Source: the human T2T-CHM13v2.0 reference genome, Homo sapiens
Assembly: GCF_009914755.1 (NCBI RefSeq)
Contig: NC_060927.1
Strand: one strand, 5' to 3'
DNA length: 64,000 nt
Shown here: positions 56,301 through 64,000 of the stretch, in pieces
How the letters are laid out: each line of letters opens with the position of its first letter
Numbering within the stretch: position 1 is the stretch's first letter
Notes under the pieces: generated by a model
Seen by the model: only the letters and a program-made list of their open reading frames with translations
What the model was told of the DNA's origin: nothing
Database searches by the model: none
Position numbers and translations under genes: made by a program

Positions 56301-59300
56301 TGTTTATTGATTATCGTGCAGCTTTAAGTTTCAGACTGTAAAGGTGGGCTTAAAAGGCATTTTATTTTTCCTTGAGCCATCATATCGGTGGTTTGGGTTG
56401 TTGTCTCACAATGAACAGGACTGTAGGGCTGTGACTGTCTGAGCAGCTCAGCTGGGCTTTTTCCAGGGATAGATAGCTTAGTTTCACATCATACCACCAA
56501 ACTCAATCAATAACGTTAACTTTTGAGAAATAAACCTTTTTATTTAAATAAAACATTTATATAAACCAGTGACTAACATTGGCATATGTTTTTAAAAATA
56601 CCAAAGCTCAAGAGCACAAAACAAAACAAAAACCCTGAAGAAATATAAATATTTAGCTTCAAATTAAATGCCATCACTAAATTTCAGAGGAAACTAATCA
56701 CTACCTAATCTCACTCCTGTATCCTCCCAGAGATTAAGTAACCAATTTATTCCAAAATTTTTTCGGAGTTAACAATCTTCCCAGCTGCATTCATGGCTCC
56801 ACAGTGCTTTGGGGCTACAGAGCAACTTGGGCATCAAAGCTTTTGTATCAGACTTTGATCCTTCTCTTCAGGTTAGACCTTTTTCTGTCTGCTTGCAATT
56901 TCTCAAAGAGAAGGCATTAATAATTTGCTGTTGGAAGACTTCCAATGTTGTTGTCTTGTTTCTTTGTCTACTCTGCAACTTTTGTTTTCTCACAACAAGA
57001 AAAAGCCTGTTTTGACACCATGTGCTTGGCTTTAGCAGCTTGGAGGAGGATTACAGAAGCGCTCCTGCCGCCTTCTCTAGCATGACTTCCCTGTGTTCGC
57101 ATTCTCACTCCACTTGACCTGTTTCTCTTACCTAATTCCTAACCCCTGTAGCCAGCAGTTGTGAAGTTACTTTGCATTGAATTAAGACTGTATTTTTTTT
57201 TTTTTTTGTTAACAATTCTTGCATGTTTTCAGCAGTTGTCAGGGACAGTTTTTCAAGTTGGAACTTTAAACAAAAAAAAAAGAAGAAGAAGTCTGATTTT
57301 CCTTTTGCCTATAAACATTTTAAGCAGAATATAACTAAGTTTTATAATGTAGATCTAGTAGGTTACTAAATGGTAATTCTGGATGATGCTTCCTTCGCTG
57401 TGGACCTCAGTGTGTATTTATTGTTGAGTAAAAACTGAGAGTGAGAATCTCAGATGCTTGCCTAATTTCTTTTTACTGATTTTAGAGTGAAACTATTGGG
57501 TTGAAAGAAGGGAATAATATGTATTTATGGCTTATGGTTCTTTTGTATTCTTCCAAAAATGATCTTGGTACTTAGATGGAATTGTAATGGGCATATGAAA
57601 ATGAGATCTTTTTCCACGTTGCCTTATTTCAGACTGAAAATAGTTGGATGCAAATCTTCTTAGTATAAATTTGCCTTTGATGTCATTGTTTCATAGTCTA
57701 GATGTGTCCTTTTCACATTACGTCTTCCGGCACACTGGTGTTTGGAAAGATATTTTCATTTCCTGAGCTGGTTTGAGTAGAGGACTCTGGTCTACCAGAT
57801 GCCCCTGCTCCACAGTTGCTTACAAAATGCCTGTATGTTTTGAATGTGTGTGTCTGTATTCTCAGGCACAGACTTTGGAAAGCATCTCTGTTCTGACCAC
57901 CCTGCAGCATTCATTATTTTCAGTTCTGCCCCTTTTGGAGGTCTTGCCACAAAGAGGCATATGTATAAAACGTTTGCTAGTTAACTGTTGACAATTTGAA
58001 TGTATGCCAAAGTTCTGTAATTGAAGTATTTCTTGAATTCTATGGTGTATGGAAAACATGACTTATCCAACACTGCAAACATAATTTTATATTTGAAAAC
58101 AAGAGGGAAGCAGACATATTTTGAAGGTGAGATGTTTTAAAAAGATGAACCAAGAGATTTATTTGAAAAAGTTAGTCAAGGATATGAAAGGAAAAAGTCT
58201 GCCAATTTTGTTTGTGGTTCTTCAAAGCTATTTTTCCTGGCTGGATGCAATTGCAAAAGGATTGATTAAAATCATGCTGAGTGGTTTTATATTTTCTGTA
58301 TTTAAATGGGTGAGTACCAGGCATAAGCTTAAGAACAGATATAATAGAGCCAGCCCATTGCTGTAGTTTATTTTAATCTAAACCCCCACGTAGCCTCCAA
58401 TTTCATGTATAATAGTTAAAATATATCAGTTGTTTACTAGGTGCCACACAATATGATAGTGTTTTAGAAGACAGTAGTGCATTTTTCTTCTAATCAAAGA
58501 GAGCATTTTTCTTCTAATCAAATGGAAAAGAGATACTGAGTGTGATATTAGTGTATTTACTCCTTATAGCAGCTCTATGAAAAATGTATTTGTTCATCAT
58601 TCCTATTTCAGAGATGAGAAGGTGGAGGCAAGGGGCAATTAAATAAATTGCCCAAGGTCAGTATAAGTGTGGGTAATGAGACTCAAATGGAGATCCCATG
58701 ATCTTATCATTTTTGTGCCTCTTTGACCTGAGGCTGTGTGAATTGGAATTTGCAATTGACACTGTTATATTTCCTGTCCCAGAGTGCTCCTGTCATTCAT
58801 CTTGTTAGAGGTCCCATGTTTCACTGGATAATGCAAATTCACCTTTTCTCTTGTTTCTGGCTTTTAAAATGACACCCAGCCAACAGGAATATCTTCTATA
58901 GACTGGAAGAGCTGTTTCAGGGTTTTTTTTTCACGTTATAAATCATAGTGCCATTTATCAGAAATAGTTTTATTGCTTGAAAGTGCACTTGCCACAGATT
59001 CAAATGCTTTATGGGACCTGTTTACAAGTGAGGATCTTCTGTCATTTTTCACTCTCTTTAAAAAGGAAACGGAAAAATGGTGATTGAAAAATCATCAGCC
59101 AGTTAAGTTCCGGTGGTAATAGTCCATCTTGAAGAAGCACTCACAAGTTTCTGAAACTTCTGCAGCTGTCCATTCAAAGATGCAGGGAGATAGACAGTGC
59201 ACAAAATAGCAAACAAAGGCACTGCTGCCTGCTGGAGAATTGGGATTTCATTGTGTGTGTCAAAAGTAAATGAATTCAAGAATAACCACTTGAAAAGGAA

Positions 59301-60312
59301 TTCTCCCTTAATGTCTTTGGTGCAAAAATGTGCTCAGATTGTACTGGCTCTGAAGAGTGAGACTCAAAGAAGTAAATTACTTTCTAGCTACTAGTTTTCA
59401 ATTGCTACTGGCTCAAAGTGCTAGCTAACCTTGCAAAAGTGGAGCAGAGAAGAAAGCAGTTTGCATTTTTCTCCTAATCAAAATGGAAGAGAGTGAGTGA
59501 GATACCATAGTGTCACAGAGATTTCTGATGGCAGAAGTTTATAAATAGTCATAAACATCTCATTGCAAGTCTCAACAAGAACCACTTAAATGTCCTGTAT
59601 ACATTTTTCAGGCAATTTTTATTTGGAATAAAGGGTCTAGGAAATGGTTTTGAGGTGTGAAAACTGATGTTTATAGAGAGTAAACTGTTTTCTTTGAAGG
59701 CCTTTCAAGTATATATTCAGCAGTCATGTAATTATGTAAATTTGTCTTGGACAGTTAAGGCAGTTAGAAGCTAGTACTAATGAAATGCTCAGTTATAGAT
59801 TCAACCCTGGTCTGGGCCAGTGTGTTTCAGCCAAAGAGAAGCCTTTAGCAAGGCCCAGGAAGCATCTCTGAGGCATCCCTGCAATTTGTTGAGCTTCTTT
59901 GGTCACAAGGGGACTGAGGACATAAAAATCAAGGCTTTTCCCAGAAAACCTGCCTGAACTGCATGGCAGTTGCATCCTCTGTGTCTCAAATGGATAGAAC
60001 TGAATATACTACACATTTTGGAATGAAGAGGGCTGTTGTTTTTTTCACCAGTGAATCTGAGTATGGTAGAATGTGTATGGAATAAGCAGTGAGGGATATC
60101 TTTATGATGTGAAATGGTTTAAATGAGTTTAAGAAATCGATGACTTCATTCACAAAATGACTCCAAGGGATTGTTCACTTTTTGAATGGCTACTACTTTT
60201 CTCCCATCTGTAAAATGGAGGCAGTAATGTCTAGTTTCAGGATTGTGGAAAGGAATAAATAAGATACTGTCTGGGGAGCACCTGCTTCAGTGTCAGGCAG
60301 ATAGTAAGTACC

Positions 60313-60666
60313 TGATATGGTTTGGCTCTGTGTCCCCACCCAAATCTCATCTCAAATTGTAATCCCCACAAATTGAGGGAGGGGCATGTAATCCCCACGT
60401 TTTGAGGGAGGGAGGTGACTGGATCCTGGGGGCAGTTTCCCCCATGCTGTTCTCATGATAATGAGTGAGTTCTCATGAGATCTGATGAGATCTCTGTCTC
60501 TCACCTGCTGCCATGTAAGATGTGCCTGCTTCTCCTTTTGCCATGATTGTATGCTGCTTGAGGCCTCCCCAGCTGTGCGGAACTGTGAGTCAATGAAAGC
60601 TTTTTTCTTTATAAATCACCCAGTATCGGGCAGTTCTTTATAGCAGTGTGAGAATGAGCTAATACA
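60313..60666 (+). mobile_element. THE1D-like solo LTR with 5-bp TSD gtacc, nested in a MIR
   Basis: tgatatggtttggctctgtgtccccacccaaatctcatc...ctaataca. gtacc at 60308-60312 and 60667-60671. Confidence 0.92.
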
Positions 60667-61987
60667 GTACCCAATAATGATAGCTATTATTATTATTTTC
60701 AGGAGCATCCAACAAATATTAGTATTAACTAGAAGAAACAAACAGTACCTTTAAGTACTGATATGAATTAATGAAAACACTAGCTATCATTTATGTATGA
60801 AACATTAGTACCTCTATTTTATAGGCCTCAGAAATTCAATATGCCCTACTGCATTGTAGCAGACAGTACAGGATTTATTGAAGGATTCTTCGACTATTAG
60901 TACAATCTGATTCATACCAGGTGTTGAGGAGCTGAGGAGTAGGCACATATGCCATGCAAGGCTTGGATGAGAATGCTTTAGAGATTTAAGAAGCATTAAG
61001 AAATGAACCTAATAAATTTACAACTTAATGGCAAGAGCATCCTAGAAACTTTCTAGGAATGGAGTGAGTGGAAGAGAAGGCAAAAGAAATGTAGACTGGA
61101 CAGACCAGCAGGATGATATACCCTGTTGTCGACAAAGGGGTTTTGTTGGAGGATATGGAACAACTCCTTCAAAAGAGAATGTGTTTAGAAGTTCTAGGCT
61201 GAAGACCTGTTTCTATGTTAAAATCTTTATGCTTTCCCTAGGAAAGTGACTAAATTTCCTGCGCATTGTCATGCTCCTTTGTACAAAGAAGAAATTAAAC
61301 TCAATTTCTGAGTTCTCTTTTTCCTCCCAAATCTATAGATTCTGTGGGTCTGAGAGAGGCAGGCATTAATACAGGCAGATCTTATTGAGGACTAATCCTA
61401 AGTAAACCTAACTAGTAGGTGTGCTGATGACCACAGTGATAAACAATTGGGTTTTTAAATATTAAAAACAGGTGTGAAGAACTACCTGTTACAGAAGCTG
61501 AGAGTAGTTAAAACTTTAGGGTTGAATGGGACACAGTGTTTAGTTATTTTATTCATCAAAAGAAAGGAAAGCTTTGATGGCCTTGCTGGAAAACCTGAGA
61601 AAAGTGAGAAAAGCTGAGGAAAGACGAAGATGAGAGAAAACAAGAGATGGATAGATAGTGGAACAGATTTAGGGAGCAGAAGTGCAGGAGGAAGCAGAGC
61701 TGGCTGAAGAGGGGAGAGCTGGACTTTTCTCCATTTCTGCTTTCTCTCCCTTAGCAGACATTAATACAATTCATAGAATTCCTTCTGGTGGAGTCCAAAT
61801 TTGGCTCCAGGATCCTCCTAAACAGCATCTTGAGATTAGGGAATGAGTTCAGGTTTATAGGCTGTAAGATTTTTCAGGCCCATCTTAGTACAGTTTTTTT
61901 TTTCTGTGAAATCAACTCTTCACCAACTCACTATTAGTTTTAGTCTTTGTAACTCCTATTGCATTTTCATTTCTGTTATTTGGCCCC

Positions 61988-62362
61988 TGCTATGGACTGA
62001 ATTGTGTCTTCCCCAATTTATACATTGAAGACCTCACCTCTATCGTGACTACATTTGGAAACAGGACCTAAAAGGAGGTAAGTTTAAATGAGGTGATAAG
62101 AGTGGGTCCTGATAGGCTAGGATTAGTGTCCTTATAAGAAGAGACACCAGAAAGCTTGTTCTCTTCATGTGCAACAAAGAAGAGGTTTGTGAGGCAGGAT
62201 GGTGGCTACTGGCAAGTCAAGAGAAGAGGCCTCAGAATGAAACCTGCCTTGCTGCCACCGTGATCTTGGACGTCTCAGCCTCCAGAACTGTGAGATATAA
62301 ATTTCTTTTGTCTCAGCCACCTAGACTGTGGTATTTTGTTGTGGGAGCCTGAGCTAATCTAC
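61988..62362 (+). mobile_element. MLT1A-like MaLR LTR
   Basis: tgctatggactgaattgtgtc...gtgtccttataagaagagacacc...cagcctccagaactgtgaga. Confidence 0.88.
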
Positions 62363-63029
62363 CCTCCCATATCTGTGGTCAGTATTCTAGTGGTCTGAAT
62401 CTTGTCATCCTGACAACACTTTGAGCTTGAGATCATGTCTTGTATGTCTTTGCTTTCCTGATGGTGTATACTTGACACTGAAGAATTCATAGTTTGTGAC
62501 CAGATCTTTACTACATTTTGTTCACTAACTCAGGAAATTACGTAACCAGTTTTGGGAAACTTCTTGTAAATATATGAAGTAAAAGTTTTGGTGCCAAGAT
62601 TAAACTACCTAGAATATATATTTTATTAACTATTCTGAATAACTGGCATGTTATTATAAAATGCTGAGAACAGACTAATCAAGAGGGACATGTTAATTTT
62701 TTGAATGTTGTCATTTTCTAGTTTCCAGATAGGCACATGTGCCCAAGACACAGGGGCAAACCTACTGACAATCTCAGCGTCTTCTGGCACATTCGAGTGC
62801 CAGCTTTAATTCTGGTTAGTGACAGCTGAAATTGGATCCCAGGTTGCTTGACTCTAAGTTGAGGCTTCCTGGAATGCCAATAAAGGCTATACTCTTGACT
62901 TCATTCTGTTCTGCTGGAATTTCCACTTGCTGAGTTTGATGGAGAAAAGCATCCCCACAATAGTAATGCATGAGTCTTTAAATGACTGTGTGTCTTAGTC
63001 CTTATTAATGCAGATGAGACTTTAATAAA

Positions 63030-63260
63030 TTATTTACTGAGCACTTAATATTTGCCAGGCACTATTCCAAGTTTTTTTTTTATATAAACTGCTTATTTAA
63101 TCTCTGTAATGTATCCACAAAGTAGATACTATCACTACTTAAAGCTGAGGCACAGAGTAGTTATGCCAGTTGCCCAAGGTCAGACAGGTAGTAAGTAGAA
63201 AAGCCTGGATTCAGTTTCAGACAGCCTGATTGCAGAGTCCAATCCCTTCACTACGGCATT
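63030..63260 (-). mobile_element. MIR
   Basis: tttactgagcacttaat...gccaggcact...gctgaggcacagag...tgcccaaggtcag...gcctgattgcagagtcc. Confidence 0.8.
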
Positions 63261-63439
63261 CTGTGTCTCTCCGGTTGAGTACAAGTCCCGGAGGACTTGT
63301 CTTTGATTGGTTTCATTAGTAAACCAACATTAGCTAATGTTCTTTGCCACTCTGAATGCTGGTGAAAAGCTGGCAATAGAAGATAATTATTTTCTGGAAG
63401 ATGAGTATTACATATAACGGCTGTGTCATCCTCTGATTC

Positions 63440-63715
63440 AAGGCAGTAGAGTGTAGTCGTTAAAATTGTTCTGGAATTAGACTTTGTGATGTTTTAGCTG
63501 AGTCCTCAGATTTCCAGTTGGTGACTTTGGAAGTTATTTATTCTCTCCGTACCTTAATTTCTTCAGTCTGTACAATGAATAAGAGGAACAGTTCTTACCT
63601 GATAGGGTAATGGAATGGTTAAATGAGGATCTATACAAATTACTTGATCCAGTGCTTCACATGTAGCAAGCACCCAATAAACAACCACCACATCACTACC
63701 ATCATTATCACCACC
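63440..63715 (+). mobile_element. MIR
   Basis: gtgactttggaagttatttattctctccgtacctt...tctgtacaatg...ttaaatgag. Confidence 0.72.
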
Positions 63716-64000
63716 ACCATCAAAGTGATTTGGCAGAAAGGTAGTCATGCTATAATGCCTAGCAGCCAGTTATATTCTTTGTTCATCTTAATGTGAATGA
63801 GATAAGTCAATCATAAAGTTACCTAGGATTGAGTGGACTTTTTATAGACCTGGTTATCCAAACTATATGTGGATCTATATCTACATACATATTGAACATG
63901 ATGAATAATTAATGACCCCAATGATGATCCCGAGTAGTGAATAAGAGGCAAGGGACATTTATGGAATATTTTAGAAGTGTTTTTATTAAATGTTATATTT

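Noticed and set aside
60358-60412. Internal duplication tgtaatccccac...tgagggaggg in the THE1 LTR
   Set aside because: I recall this as a common THE1D variant, so it is probably not locus-specific.
62720-62820. Possible next EGF exon (tttccag|ataggcacatgtgcc...)
   Set aside because: The translation lacks the calcium-binding EGF cysteine spacing (D-x-D/N-E-C...C...C-x-N-T-x-G-S) and reaches a stop.

Overview
AT-rich, CpG-poor primate (most likely human) genomic DNA. Almost all of it is intronic and dense with interspersed repeats (Alu, L1, L2, MIR, CR1/L3, MaLR/ERVL LTRs, hAT and Tigger DNA transposons). The only protein-like sequence I can support is three spliceable + strand exons: 35198-35332, 38135-38243 and 39964-40069. 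They encode a MEGF6-like EMI domain plus a first EGF repeat and carry a frameshift and in-frame stops, which fits the unitary pseudogene EGFEM1P. The most notable observation is that a -1 lesion at the start of the second exon and a +1 lesion at the end of the third cancel out. The 71 codons between them are stop-free in the shifted frame, so the spliced product stays open and returns to the ancestral frame. Other points of interest are a candidate recursive splice site, an inverted-Alu/long-intron layout typical of circRNA formation, a very young AluYc1-like insertion, an L1PA2-like insertion and several local duplications and palindromes. No prokaryotic-type system, RNA gene or CRISPR array is supported. 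Repeat subfamily names and homolog comparisons come from recalled consensus sequences, and the boundaries of old repeats are approximate.
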